The position numbers and the translations under genes are program-made. The notes under the pieces are model-generated. The model made no database searches. It saw only the letters and a program-made list of their open reading frames with translations, and was not told the origin of the DNA. A stretch of 64,000 nucleotides of DNA from Bacilli bacterium (GTDB lineage Bacteria; Bacillota_I; Bacilli_A; RFN20; CAG-826): assembly GCA_045114745.1 (NCBI GenBank), contig JBGULD010000011.1, positions 190-64,189 of the forward strand, read 5' to 3'. The first letter of the stretch is position 1. Each line of letters opens with the position of its first letter. Shown here one piece after another: positions 9,565 to 19,932 of the stretch.

Positions 9565-10692
9565 ATGGTTGAAAAAGAATTAAAAACTAATAAAACGAAG
9601 ACTCCTGAAGTAGTTAATGAACCAGAAGTCGCTATCGATGTTCAACACTTATCCGTTGGCTTCACAGTTCGTGGTAAAAAGATCAATGTTATTAGAGACA
9701 TTTCCTTTAAAGTTTATAAAGGAGAAACTCTCGCAATCGTCGGTGAATCAGGTTCTGGTAAATCCGTCACCACAAAGACATTTACCGGTATGCTTGAATC
9801 CAATGGTGCTGTCACTGGTGGAAGCATCATCTTTGATGGCATGGATTTAGCTAAATTCACCACAAACGAAGAATGGCAACCAATTCGTGGTAAACGTATT
9901 GCCACCATCTTCCAAGACCCAATGACTTCTTTGAACCCATTATTAACAATCGGTTTCCAAATTAGTGAAGTCTTGAGATTACATCATGGTCTTACTAAAG
10001 AAGAGGCCAAAGAAGAAGCCATTCGTCTATTAAAGAAAGTTCGTATTCCTAACGCGGAAGCTCGTTATGACGATTATCCATTCCAATATTCTGGTGGTAT
10101 GCGTCAAAGAGTTGTTATCGCCATCGCCTTAGCGTGCCGTCCAGAAATCTTAATTTGTGACGAACCAACCACCGCTTTGGACGTGACTGTTCAAGCGCAA
10201 ATTATCGCCCTTATTAAAGAACTTCAAGAGGAATACAAATGGACAACCATCTTCATTACTCACGACTTAGGTGTCGTCGCTAATGTCGCTAACCGTATCG
10301 CGGTTATGTATGGTGGTCAAATTATCGAATACGGAACTGTAGAAGATGTCTTCTATAATCCCGCACATCCATATACATGGGCATTGCTTGCTTCCTTACC
10401 ACAATTAGGAAGTAAAGATGAACCTTTAGCTTATATTAAAGGTAATCCTCCATCATTCTCTGGAGAAATCATTGGTGATGCATTCGCCCCAAGAAATGCC
10501 TTTGCTATGAATATTGACTTTGTCAAAGAGCCTCCTGTGTTTAATATTTCTCCAACACACTGGGCCAAGACTTGGTTGCTTGATCCACGCGCTCCAAAAG
10601 TGGAAAAACCAAAAGTCATCCAAGAGCTACACGAGAGAATGAAACGTGCAGCGGAAGAACTCAAGAGACAGGAGGGTGCTGAAAATGAATAA
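9565..10692 (+). CDS. oppD: oligopeptide ABC transporter ATP-binding protein OppD
   Basis: Walker A GESGSGKS, LSGG-type signature (YSGGMRQR), Walker B LICDEPTTALD and an Opp-type C-terminal extension. SD TAGGAGG is present. Confidence 0.85.
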   Translation: MVEKELKTNKTKTPEVVNEPEVAIDVQHLSVGFTVRGKKINVIRDISFKVYKGETLAIVGESGSGKSVTTKTFTGMLESNGAVTGGSIIFDGMDLAKFTTNEEWQPIRGKRIATIFQDPMTSLNPLLTIGFQISEVLRLHHGLTKEEAKEEAIRLLKKVRIPNAEARYDDYPFQYSGGMRQRVVIAIALACRPEILICDEPTTALDVTVQAQIIALIKELQEEYKWTTIFITHDLGVVANVANRIAVMYGGQIIEYGTVEDVFYNPAHPYTWALLASLPQLGSKDEPLAYIKGNPPSFSGEIIGDAFAPRNAFAMNIDFVKEPPVFNISPTHWAKTWLLDPRAPKVEKPKVIQELHERMKRAAEELKRQEGAENE

Positions 10693-11728
10693 TGAAGAAT
10701 TAAAAAAGCAAACTCCTCATAATCTTGAAAAGAAAGAACTCGATATCTTTGATAAGAGTAGATTAGAACATCCAGAAGACGAAGATACAGTCGTCAAAAT
10801 GAGAGATGTTCGTGTCGCTTTTAAGATCGGTTCTATTGAAAGAGTTATTATCAACCACCTTGATTTAGATATTAAACGCGGTGAAATTTTAGGTTTAGTC
10901 GGTGAATCCGGTTCTGGTAAAACAACGATTGGCCGTGCAATCATCCGTATTAACAAGGTTAGTGGTGGTGAAATCACTTATAATGGCGTGAAGATTTCTG
11001 GAAAGATTCCTAAGAAAACTGAACGTCTATTAAAAACCAAGATTCAAATGATCTTCCAAGACCCAGGCGATTCTTTAAACGATAGAGCGAATATTGACTA
11101 TATCGTTTCTGAAGGATTAAGGGCCTTCCATCTTTATAAAGATGAACAAGATCGTTTGGATAAAGTCACTCACATGATGGAAAGAGTGGGCTTACGTCCA
11201 GAATACTTAACACGTTATCCACACGAATTCTCTGGTGGTCAACGTCAAAGAATTGGTATTGCTAGATGTATGATTATGAATCCGGAATTCGTCATCGCTG
11301 ACGAACCTATTTCCGCGTTAGACGTTTCCATTCGTGCCCAGGTATTAAACCTCATAAGAGAGTTCCAACAAGAAAGAAAGATGTCGGTCTTATTTATCGC
11401 ACACGACCTTTCTGTTGTTAGATATATCTCTGATCGTATCGCGGTTATCTATGCGGGTCACATCGTGGAAATCGCTCCTGCGAATAGATTATTCGAAGCC
11501 CCACTTCACCCATACACCAAATCTTTACTTTCTGCGGTCCCAATTCCTGACCCAAAAGTTGAAAGAAATAAAAAGATTATTGTCTATAACGCGATGGAGA
11601 CACATCACTATGTGAAGAGTGACGCTCCAAAACTCGTGGAAATTGAAAAAGACCACTTTGTCCGTTGCAATACTCCTGAGTTAGAAGCTTATAGAAATGA
11701 ATTAGAAAGATTAGGAGGTAAGAAATAA
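10685..11728 (+). CDS. oppF: oligopeptide ABC transporter ATP-binding protein OppF
   Basis: ATG at 10685 overlaps the oppD stop (ATGAATAA), with GGAGGG 12 nt upstream. Walker A GESGSGKTT, signature FSGGQRQR and Walker B ADEPISALD are present. Confidence 0.85.
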   Translation: MNNEELKKQTPHNLEKKELDIFDKSRLEHPEDEDTVVKMRDVRVAFKIGSIERVIINHLDLDIKRGEILGLVGESGSGKTTIGRAIIRINKVSGGEITYNGVKISGKIPKKTERLLKTKIQMIFQDPGDSLNDRANIDYIVSEGLRAFHLYKDEQDRLDKVTHMMERVGLRPEYLTRYPHEFSGGQRQRIGIARCMIMNPEFVIADEPISALDVSIRAQVLNLIREFQQERKMSVLFIAHDLSVVRYISDRIAVIYAGHIVEIAPANRLFEAPLHPYTKSLLSAVPIPDPKVERNKKIIVYNAMETHHYVKSDAPKLVEIEKDHFVRCNTPELEAYRNELERLGGKK

Positions 11729-13938
11729 TGGCACGTGATATTTCCGAATTAGGTGCGGACGTATTTGATGATACCCCGAAACCTGTGCGAAAAATTTCTC
11801 CAAAAAAGAGAAACTACATTATTGGTTTATCAATATCAGCGCTTTTATTAGCAGGTGCTTCTGTCGCCGCTGTTATCTTATGTAACACCGCTCTTACTGA
11901 CTACTCCAATGTCCAAAATGTAACTTATTATTACACTCCTCAATCCATGCTCGGTGAAGGAGAAAAACCAACCGCGGTTTTATACCGTTTAAGAAGTGAT
12001 GTCAAATATCCATCTACCTTCCGTGTCCCAAGTCAAATCAAGGGATATAAAGTCGTGGGTATTGCCTCTAACGCTTTCTCTGGTCATAGTGAAATTAAAC
12101 ATGTCGTTTTACCTAACACAGTGACCTGGGTTGGTGAAAAAACCTTCTATAACTGCACTAATTTGTCCAAATTTACTTGGTCAAAGAACCTTTCTGAAGT
12201 TGGTGTTGATGCTTTCTTAAATACTGCTTTCTATAACAATTTATTAAAGCAAACCGATTCCATCTTCGACCTTCCTAGTGGATTATTAATCTACGTCGGA
12301 AAGAATTATTTAAAACCAAATACCGCTTTAATTTCCGATTCACTTAAAGAAGAAGAAATCAATGCCATCAAGAGCAAATATGCCGCTTCTGAGATTAAGA
12401 AATTCTCAGAAATGAATATTAAGAATATCGCTTCTGGCGCTTTCAAAGAAAACGACAAGATCGTCTATATTGATTTACCAGAAACATTACATGATATTTC
12501 TAATTCCACATTTGAAAACTGTTACAACCTCAAAGGTTTGAACGCTTTACATGGTAAGGTCTCCACAATTAGACAAAGAGCTTTCGCCAATTGTGCCCAA
12601 TTAGTGGATATCGACCTTCCTGATAACCTCACCTTAATCGGTGATGAAGCTTTCTCCGGTGCTGGCTTAGTGAATGAAATTCCTAATATTTCATCCGCTC
12701 AAGAATTAGGATCTGGCATCTTCTCATATTGTGAAGACTTAGAAAGTGTTAATTACACAGGTACATATGTTCCTGATTACACCTTCTTAGGATGCAAATC
12801 CTTAAATAGCATCACCTGGGGCGATGGTAGTGCGGAAACCAAAGATAAAATTGACTTTATCGGTATCGGTGCTTTCAGTGGCACAGCCTTCTCTTCATTC
12901 ACTGTTCCAAAGAATATTCTCACCATCTTAGATGAAACATTCATGAACTGTGAGAACTTAGAAACTGTTTCCTTATATGGAAACCCTACAAACAAAGTTG
13001 TTACTATCGAACCATCTGAAGACGAAGATGAAGATGAGGAAGAAGAAGTTGAAGAAGATACCTCTTCGTTCATCGATAATGATGGCAACGAACAACCTGG
13101 TACCCTTCTCGGTGTCGGTTCTATTAGAGCAAATGCTTTTAATGGATGTATCAAATTAAGCACAATAAATTTGTATGATGATACATATACCGTTTATGAA
13201 GGTAATAATGGTGAATTTACTTTCCCAAATTCCTTACAAAGAACAGATGCTTCATCCACAATCAGTGGTAATGACAATAACGTCTTCAAAGGTGCGGTAA
13301 CCACAAAAGTTATCTTAACTCCAAACTTAAGAAGTATTGGTTCCCACGCTTTCCAAGATGTCAAAGATTTAACAGAAGTAACAATTACTCATCCTGAAAA
13401 ATCTAGATTATCCACAATTAACACCAGTGCATTTGAAAATTGCGAAGCTTTAGAACAATTTGAACTTCCTAGCTCAATCACTGTCTTAGGCTCATCCGCT
13501 TTCAAAAACTGCACCAGCTTAAAACATGTTGGTCTTGGCGATACACAAATCAAGTCCATCAACGCGGAATTATTCTACAATTGTCCAGCATTAGAAGAAA
13601 TTGAGATTCCAAACACTGTTACCAACATTAAAAAAGATGCTTTCAAGAATATTGGAAAAGTCTCTCATGTGGTAATCCCAAGTTCTATCAATGAAATTCA
13701 AGAAAATGCTTTCACAAATTGTTTGAATGCTTCTGATGAAAAACTTCCACTTTACTTCTCATTTACAATTAGTCAAGCTAAGACACTTAACTTAGCGAAA
13801 AAGACTATCGCGGGTGAGCAAGTGGAAATCTGGAAAGATGATACTGTTGAAGTGTATTATCTCCTCGGTGATGGCGAAGAAAAACAAACCGGTTATAAAT
13901 ACTGGGATGGTAATGCCGCTGACCCACACGAAATCTAA
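11728..13938 (+). CDS. BspA-family leucine-rich-repeat surface protein with N-terminal membrane anchor and central poly-acidic linker
   Basis: The ATG overlaps the oppF stop by 1 nt (TAATG) and follows AGGAGG. Its N-terminal TM is YIIGLSISALLLAGASVAAVIL. Repeated ~22-aa LRR_5/BspA-type units (IAS.AF..C..L..V.LP..LT.IG..AF) recur, interrupted by EDEDEDEEEEVEED. Two terminators follow it. Confidence 0.7.
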   Translation: MARDISELGADVFDDTPKPVRKISPKKRNYIIGLSISALLLAGASVAAVILCNTALTDYSNVQNVTYYYTPQSMLGEGEKPTAVLYRLRSDVKYPSTFRVPSQIKGYKVVGIASNAFSGHSEIKHVVLPNTVTWVGEKTFYNCTNLSKFTWSKNLSEVGVDAFLNTAFYNNLLKQTDSIFDLPSGLLIYVGKNYLKPNTALISDSLKEEEINAIKSKYAASEIKKFSEMNIKNIASGAFKENDKIVYIDLPETLHDISNSTFENCYNLKGLNALHGKVSTIRQRAFANCAQLVDIDLPDNLTLIGDEAFSGAGLVNEIPNISSAQELGSGIFSYCEDLESVNYTGTYVPDYTFLGCKSLNSITWGDGSAETKDKIDFIGIGAFSGTAFSSFTVPKNILTILDETFMNCENLETVSLYGNPTNKVVTIEPSEDEDEDEEEEVEEDTSSFIDNDGNEQPGTLLGVGSIRANAFNGCIKLSTINLYDDTYTVYEGNNGEFTFPNSLQRTDASSTISGNDNNVFKGAVTTKVILTPNLRSIGSHAFQDVKDLTEVTITHPEKSRLSTINTSAFENCEALEQFELPSSITVLGSSAFKNCTSLKHVGLGDTQIKSINAELFYNCPALEEIEIPNTVTNIKKDAFKNIGKVSHVVIPSSINEIQENAFTNCLNASDEKLPLYFSFTISQAKTLNLAKKTIAGEQVEIWKDDTVEVYYLLGDGEEKQTGYKYWDGNAADPHEI

Positions 13939-13945
13939 AAACATT

Positions 13946-13973
13946 AGGTCACGTAAATCGTGGCCTTTTCTTT
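13946..13973 (+). terminator. rho-independent terminator ending the opp-BspA operon
   Basis: AGGTCACG-taaat-CGTGGCCT stem followed by TTTTCTTT. Confidence 0.6.
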
Positions 13974-13975
13974 AA

Positions 13976-14020
13976 GAAAAATAAAAAGATGTGGAATTTA
14001 TCGTTCACATCTTTTTCTTC
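13976..14020. terminator. bidirectional terminator (opp operon on the plus strand, flippase gene on the minus strand)
   Basis: A-rich run, then a 7-bp perfect stem AGATGTG..CACATCT with a 12-nt loop, then TTTTTCTTC. Confidence 0.55.
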
Positions 14021-14038
14021 GCTTAAATCGCCTATAAA

Positions 14039-15568
14039 TTAGGATTCTTGGTTATTGTGGTCTCTACGTATGAATGAGTAGACAAGCTTTTCTTTTGTTA
14101 AACCTAAGAATACGAGATAGATTATTGCATCTATTCCGACGATTGAAACCATTTGTAATATCGCTGCATTGGTGCTTGATAATTTCATAAATGCCCATAG
14201 ACTTTCAAGTGGTCTATATAGAAGTAGTGAAACCGCAAGAATAATTAAGCTAGCAAGCAATAACTTTAATGTGTTCATATTGAAGATCGCTTCTTTGACC
14301 CATTTCCAAGTGATGGACACTAAGAAGATGATAATTAGTAAATCAGTAACTGCAGTACCGATAGCAACACCGATAGAAGGAGTGAGCCAAGAAACCTTGT
14401 TTGGTAAATATCCACCTAGTAATAAAGAGAGACCGATATTTAATGCAGTACCGACGAGCATACTAATGAGGTAATATTTTTCTTTCTTCATCGGAAGAAG
14501 GATTTGTCCATAGATGATATCGCCTAAAGAATAAGTGAGCATCATTGAGGTAAGGATAATCAATATCGTTGGAGCAGTAATATAACCACCAGTACCTGAA
14601 GAATAATCAAAGTTACCGGATATTAATGAGCAGATTGGTTTAGCTAAACACGCCATAGTGACAATAGCGGGCATGACGATAAAGAAACAAATATTCAAAG
14701 AATATCTCGTTAAGTTTTTAAAGAATTGTTTATTCTCTTTACTATAATAATAAGCACTTCTTGGGATAAAGACTGTGGATAAACCAGCGATGATACCGAT
14801 GATGATATCAATACCTTTAATACCGACAGAATAAGAAGCGACCTCACTCTTATCTTCATTAATGAAACCCAAGATAAAGGTATCAGTTTGGTTATATAAA
14901 GAGATGATGAATGTTAAGCTACATAAAATGAATAGTGGTTTAGCGTAGTCCTTAAAGGAATAAGACATCGTCTTTTTAAAGGAAATGAATTTGCGAATGT
15001 AAAATAAGTTAGAAATAGTGGTGATGATTGTCACACTGACAGCGATCAAAGCATAGATATAAATATCACTTGGATTAGTGACAAAAACAATGATCAAAAT
15101 GGCGCTTAATGTTAAGGCGACGATTGAACGAACACACATATAAAATTGCTTTTCTAAAGCAATAAATACCCACTCAAATGAGAAAGCACCAACGAGGAAG
15201 TTGATTGATAAGATAAAGATTAACGCACTTGAGTTTCTTAATGCGGGAACGGAGAAAACCACCGCGCACATTAATCCAAAAGAAACCATTGTAGCAATGA
15301 GTTGTAATAAGAAGAACCCTTGAACTTTGTTGGATAGTTTTTCTTTATCATCTCTAACTTTGACACATTCTCTAACGGCAAGATTTGGAATGCCAATCTT
15401 AGCGAGTATTAAGAAATATGCGACAAAGGTATTGGCCCATGTATAAGCACCAACGGCAGAGTCACCTAAATAACGGCAAACCCATGGGAAAGTAATGAAA
15501 GATAATAAGGTCAAAACTAATGTCCTTATTATGTTGACGATAACATTGATTCTCGTGTCGTTAATCAT
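14039..15568 (-). CDS. polysaccharide biosynthesis protein / oligosaccharide flippase (Wzx-like, MOP superfamily)
   Basis: A 509-aa product with about 14 TM segments and an N-terminus typical of the Wzx / polysaccharide-biosynthesis family (NVIVNIIRTLVLTLLSFITFPWVCRYLGDSAVGAYTWANTF). Confidence 0.7.
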   Translation of the reverse strand: MINDTRINVIVNIIRTLVLTLLSFITFPWVCRYLGDSAVGAYTWANTFVAYFLILAKIGIPNLAVRECVKVRDDKEKLSNKVQGFFLLQLIATMVSFGLMCAVVFSVPALRNSSALIFILSINFLVGAFSFEWVFIALEKQFYMCVRSIVALTLSAILIIVFVTNPSDIYIYALIAVSVTIITTISNLFYIRKFISFKKTMSYSFKDYAKPLFILCSLTFIISLYNQTDTFILGFINEDKSEVASYSVGIKGIDIIIGIIAGLSTVFIPRSAYYYSKENKQFFKNLTRYSLNICFFIVMPAIVTMACLAKPICSLISGNFDYSSGTGGYITAPTILIILTSMMLTYSLGDIIYGQILLPMKKEKYYLISMLVGTALNIGLSLLLGGYLPNKVSWLTPSIGVAIGTAVTDLLIIIFLVSITWKWVKEAIFNMNTLKLLLASLIILAVSLLLYRPLESLWAFMKLSSTNAAILQMVSIVGIDAIIYLVFLGLTKEKLVYSFIRRDHNNQES

Positions 15569-15659
15569 GTAATTAATATGATATACATTTTTTGGGGCAG
15601 ATTAAATAATATTTAACAATTTGTGGAAATGTAAAACTTGAATAATTACAATAAAAGTC

Positions 15660-16844
15660 ATGAAGATACTTGCAGTATGTCAATATTATTATCCAGAGAA
15701 TAATGTTTTCACTAATATTTGTGAAGAACTAGTCAAACAAGGGAACGATGTTACAGTCTTAACTGGTAAGCCGAATTACGGTTATGGGGAAATTATCCCA
15801 GAATACAAAAAAGTAAAATTTGAAAACATCAATGGTGTAAAAGTTCATAGAGTAAACCTTGTGGCTAGAAAAAAGAGCCGCCTTTCGATTATTAGAAATT
15901 ACCTTTCTTTTTGGCGGAATTCTAAGAAATGGGTCAGGAAATGCAAGGAAAAATTCGATATTGTCTATTCGATGTCGATGTCTCCGGTGACCATTTTATC
16001 CGCTGGAAACCTCTATAAAAAGAAACATGGTGTGAAGCATGTTGTCCACTGCGTTGACCTCTGGCCAGAGAGTGTTTTAGTAACTCATGCAGTGAAAGAG
16101 AGTTCCTTGATGTACAAGATTCTCTACAAGTGGTCTAGAAGTCTATATTTGAATGCTGATTATGTGATTATGGGTTCTCCATCTTATAACGACTACTTCG
16201 ATAGTGTTTTGAAACTACAAAAGAGAACTTCTATCATTCCTCTTCCTAGTTTGGTGGAAAAATGCGAAGGCAAACCTATTAAGTTCGAAAAGAAATTCAA
16301 TATTTTATATTGTGGTAACTTAGGAATCATTCAATTAATTCATCTCATTCCTGAATCCATGAAACTTATTGATAATGACGATATTCAGTTCCATGTTATC
16401 GGCATGGGACCTAAGAGTGGCGAATTACAATCACTCATCAAACAATATAAGTTGGAAAACAAAGTTATCTATCATGGACCAATACCAGCGAAGAAGGCCT
16501 CTGAATATTTCTTAGGTGCTGATGCATTATATGTTTCATTAGAAGGTACTGGTTATGTTGGCAAAACCATCCCTGGCAAATTAATGATGTCATTAGCGTT
16601 TGGAAAACCGATCGTTGGTGTTCTTGAAGGCGATGGAAGAAATATTTTAGATAATGCTGGTGGTGCGATTAGTGCTGATGCTAATCCACAATCAGTGGCA
16701 AAAGCTATTAATAGAATTGCCTCTATGACTCCTGATCAAAGAAAAAAGCTTGGTCAATTAAACCAAACTTATTATCAGAGCAATTTATCGATTAAACGCT
16801 GTGGCGAATTAGTTAACGAAGTATTACTTAAGGAAGTTCTTTAA
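15660..16844 (+). CDS. glycosyltransferase family 4 (WbuB/WcaI-like)
   Basis: N-terminus MKILAVCQYYYPENNVFTNICEELVKQGNDVTVLTGKPNY matches the GT4 N-domain, and a GT-B C-domain follows. Confidence 0.7.
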   Translation: MKILAVCQYYYPENNVFTNICEELVKQGNDVTVLTGKPNYGYGEIIPEYKKVKFENINGVKVHRVNLVARKKSRLSIIRNYLSFWRNSKKWVRKCKEKFDIVYSMSMSPVTILSAGNLYKKKHGVKHVVHCVDLWPESVLVTHAVKESSLMYKILYKWSRSLYLNADYVIMGSPSYNDYFDSVLKLQKRTSIIPLPSLVEKCEGKPIKFEKKFNILYCGNLGIIQLIHLIPESMKLIDNDDIQFHVIGMGPKSGELQSLIKQYKLENKVIYHGPIPAKKASEYFLGADALYVSLEGTGYVGKTIPGKLMMSLAFGKPIVGVLEGDGRNILDNAGGAISADANPQSVAKAINRIASMTPDQRKKLGQLNQTYYQSNLSIKRCGELVNEVLLKEVL

Positions 16845-17978
16845 GAAACTAGTAAACTTATCACTTAAATTATCCAATGAATAGAGTTCTAGAACTCTAT
16901 TTTTTGCTTCTTCACCCATATCTTCTCTTTGGATTTCGGTGAGTTCTAATACCTTGTTCATCGAATCTAACAAATCATCAGAAGAAGATGATGGTGACCA
17001 AATAATCTCTTTTGGGAACTTCTTCATAAGAATAGTGTTCTTCACAGATATAACTGGGCGACCCGCAGACATATATTCTAAAGTCTTGCTTGGGATTGAG
17101 AATCTATCCAAGTCTTCAGAGAATGGTCTTGGGTTGATACAAGCAATCGCTTGAGACTCCATATCTAAAACTTTATTAACTGGTAATAGACCTAAATACT
17201 TAATATTGTTAGCATCACCAATTTCTTCTTTAAGCTTTGCTTTATCAGCGTGATGACCACAAATGTATAAATCAATATCTTTGTTGTCTAGTTTTTTGAA
17301 AGCATGGATAAGTTGATAGACCCCATATCTTTCCATAAGAGCGCCACCAAAGAAGAAATATGGTCTCTTCTCTTTTTCACTCTTTTCTACTTTTCTATCT
17401 TCCACTAAACCTTCAAAGATATAGGCTGGTTTGTGATTTGGATTGAATAAGTCATTAAGACCCTCAGTCAACGCTAAATAACCATCAAACTTTTCGCAGT
17501 GGGAAAGAAGATAGAGTGTATATGATCTTTTTGTACCAGAAATGTTGCTTGGCGAATCAGTACAAACGCCGATAATAGGTCTCTTATATTTCTTGTTTAA
17601 TTTTGAGATAGAACGGACGATTGACTTGTTGATTGTGTCAGTCACAAAAACTGCATCATTTAGGTCGATTTTGCTCAAAATCCTTGTAGTTTGTGGGCAA
17701 ATTGATAAAGTTCGATAGATTTTTCCGCCGCTTCTTTTGAGATAATGCCAAGTAATATTGCCATCAGTTTTGGTCTCTTTTTTGAGATTTTTAACCTTGG
17801 TGTGGCGATGAGAAAACGGTCTAACGGAAATGACATCAACTTGGTTATTGATGGCGAGACTTCTGATTAACTTGTTATGAAAGTTTTGATTACTGGAATT
17901 TAAAGGATACTTCCAAATATTCATGTATTGGCGGAAGTCTTTTTCATCTTGTGCAGTAGTGAAATATATGATTCTCAT
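16824..17978 (-). CDS. glycosyltransferase family 4
   Basis: A GT4 C-terminal Rossmann domain with the E-x7-E region (SKTLEYMSAGRPVISV). Its 3' end overlaps the previous gene in a convergent arrangement. Confidence 0.65.
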   Translation of the reverse strand: MRIIYFTTAQDEKDFRQYMNIWKYPLNSSNQNFHNKLIRSLAINNQVDVISVRPFSHRHTKVKNLKKETKTDGNITWHYLKRSGGKIYRTLSICPQTTRILSKIDLNDAVFVTDTINKSIVRSISKLNKKYKRPIIGVCTDSPSNISGTKRSYTLYLLSHCEKFDGYLALTEGLNDLFNPNHKPAYIFEGLVEDRKVEKSEKEKRPYFFFGGALMERYGVYQLIHAFKKLDNKDIDLYICGHHADKAKLKEEIGDANNIKYLGLLPVNKVLDMESQAIACINPRPFSEDLDRFSIPSKTLEYMSAGRPVISVKNTILMKKFPKEIIWSPSSSSDDLLDSMNKVLELTEIQREDMGEEAKNRVLELYSLDNLSDKFTSFLKNFLK

Positions 17979-17980
17979 AA

Positions 17981-19063
17981 TTATAAAGTCTCCAATATTT
18001 CATTAAGTTTTTTCGCGGAACATTCAATGGTGTTATTCTTCGCGGTTTCAATCGCCGCTTTACCCATATCTTCTTTGATACTATTTATTGCGTTAATTAT
18101 TTCATCTCTATTATTGAGATCAACAATATATCCGTTCACACCATTAGTGATTAGATCTAAGGAAGAAACAACTCTATCGGATGAGATGACCGGAAGGCCA
18201 TTTGCCATGGCTTCTAATGTAGTATGACCAAAGATATCTTCGAATGATAAAGTGATAAAAGCGTCACAACATTTGAGGACTTCAAATAGATCGTTTTTCT
18301 TCAAGAAATCCATGATGATAATATTTTTAATATTATTGTCTTTAATATATTTCTCGTATTTTTCTTTTTCTTTTCCGGAACCAATTAGCAATAATGTCTC
18401 TTCTCTATCTTTAAAAATTGAGATGAGTTCCATGTTATTCTTTCTCTCAATAAACTGTGATGCATTGATAAAGATTTTATTGTTTGGTAAGTTCCATTTT
18501 TTTCTAATTTCTTCCTTTTCTTTTTGGCTAGGAATTTTATTAACTATTTCGCTATCAAAATAGTTTCCGTATGGGTAGTGGAAGATGTCTTCTTGTCTTG
18601 CACCATAATAGACCAAATATTTATCGGCTTCAGTACATGGAGAAAGATATTTTGTGGCATGAGAAATATAAAATTTCTTCATTCTTCTTTTAATACAATT
18701 ATCTTTCTTTTTGATTCCACCGTTGATTTGTAGGACATATGGAATCTTGTGACGAACCATGTAACGGATAGCTTTCATTTCGGCAAATGTGCTATATCCA
18801 TTCATCACAATAATGTCATATTCTTGATGATGTTTTTTGATATATTTTCTTAGTTCGCTTGAGCATGTGTTTTCATTAGAAAAGTATCCTTTTTTAAAAA
18901 AGATAACCGGGAAATTATATTCGTTATCTTCATAAAAAGAAGATGGTCTATCTTTTGCGCTTTCACGCTCAAAAATGACTTGGATATCTTTGAGTTTAGC
19001 TAGTTCATTATAAACTTTCACCTTATATGGTGCTGGATGGTTAAAAACAAAGAGAGTTTTCAT
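17981..19063 (-). CDS. glycosyltransferase family 4
   Basis: Contains EAMANGLPVISSD and GKEKEKYEKYIKDNNI, which fit a GT4 fold. Confidence 0.7.
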   Translation of the reverse strand: MKTLFVFNHPAPYKVKVYNELAKLKDIQVIFERESAKDRPSSFYEDNEYNFPVIFFKKGYFSNENTCSSELRKYIKKHHQEYDIIVMNGYSTFAEMKAIRYMVRHKIPYVLQINGGIKKKDNCIKRRMKKFYISHATKYLSPCTEADKYLVYYGARQEDIFHYPYGNYFDSEIVNKIPSQKEKEEIRKKWNLPNNKIFINASQFIERKNNMELISIFKDREETLLLIGSGKEKEKYEKYIKDNNIKNIIIMDFLKKNDLFEVLKCCDAFITLSFEDIFGHTTLEAMANGLPVISSDRVVSSLDLITNGVNGYIVDLNNRDEIINAINSIKEDMGKAAIETAKNNTIECSAKKLNEILETL

Positions 19064-19118
19064 ATTTTCTTAATTATATATTATTTTGTAAACATAATAA
19101 AAATGTTATCATTTTTGC

Positions 19119-19790
19119 ATGGACGAAATTCCGAATACATGGATTGAATTTTTTAAGAGTATTCAAAACAAAGAATATTCGATTAATTTACATAAGTTTT
19201 TAGATAAGGAATACGCAAGTAATGTTTGTTATCCTCCTAGAAAACTTTTGTTCAACGCTTTTAAGTTGACTCCATTAGATAAAGTCAAAGTGGTGATTAT
19301 TGGTCAAGATCCTTACCATGAACCAGGACAGGCGATGGGTTTATCTTTTTCTGTTCCTAGTACAGTTAAGGTTCCACCTTCACTAATTAACATTTATAAA
19401 GAAATTGCTGATGAATATGACACCACAATTGATATGGAAAGTGGTGACTTAACTTATCTTGCTAAGCAAGGAGTTCTTTTATTGAACTCTATTCTTAGCG
19501 TTAGAGCCCATCAACCAATGAGCCATAACATTAAAGAATATGAATTATTCTTCAAAGATGTTCTTGAAGTATTAGATAAACAAAACCATCCATTAGTGTT
19601 TATGTTGTGGGGTGGTTCCGCAAGAAAATTTAAAGTGTTGCTACACAATCCTTCACATTTAATATTAGAATCCGCTCACCCTTCTCCGTTAGCAGCGAAT
19701 AGAGGAGGATGGTTTAAAAATAATCATTTCCGTTTGGCAAATGAATATTTGAAAAAGAATAAAGTAAAACCTATTGATTGGATTAAATAA
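19119..19790 (+). CDS. ung: uracil-DNA glycosylase
   Basis: VVIIGQDPYHEPGQAMGLSFSV is the canonical water-activating loop, and HPSPLAANRGGW is also present. Confidence 0.95.
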   Translation: MDEIPNTWIEFFKSIQNKEYSINLHKFLDKEYASNVCYPPRKLLFNAFKLTPLDKVKVVIIGQDPYHEPGQAMGLSFSVPSTVKVPPSLINIYKEIADEYDTTIDMESGDLTYLAKQGVLLLNSILSVRAHQPMSHNIKEYELFFKDVLEVLDKQNHPLVFMLWGGSARKFKVLLHNPSHLILESAHPSPLAANRGGWFKNNHFRLANEYLKKNKVKPIDWIK

Positions 19791-19805
19791 TAATCCTAAA
19801 CTAAT

Positions 19806-19930
19806 TACAGGAGCTGAGCAGTAACTCGGCTGAGAGGAACCGTGTTCCGGTTCGACTGAACACCTGATCCAGGTAATGCTGGCGGAGGTTAGTGTTTTTC
19901 CTCCGGGTGAGTCTATCCAGGAGGTATTTT
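19806..19930 (+). ncRNA. TPP (thiamine pyrophosphate) riboswitch with SD-sequestering expression platform
   Basis: GGCTGAGAGGAACC...GAACACCTGATCCAGGTAATGCTGGCGGAGG closely matches the THI-element consensus (CUGAGA ... ACCUGAUCUGGAUAAUGCCAGCGUAGGGA). Downstream, CCTCC (19900-19904) can pair with the GGAGG SD at 19922. Confidence 0.8.
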
Positions 19931-19932
19931 TT

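Noticed and set aside
12777-13163. 128-aa minus-strand ORF with a poly-Ser run
   Set aside because: It is the antisense of the EDEDEDEEEE linker codons (GAA/GAT repeats) inside the BspA-like gene, so it is a frame artefact.
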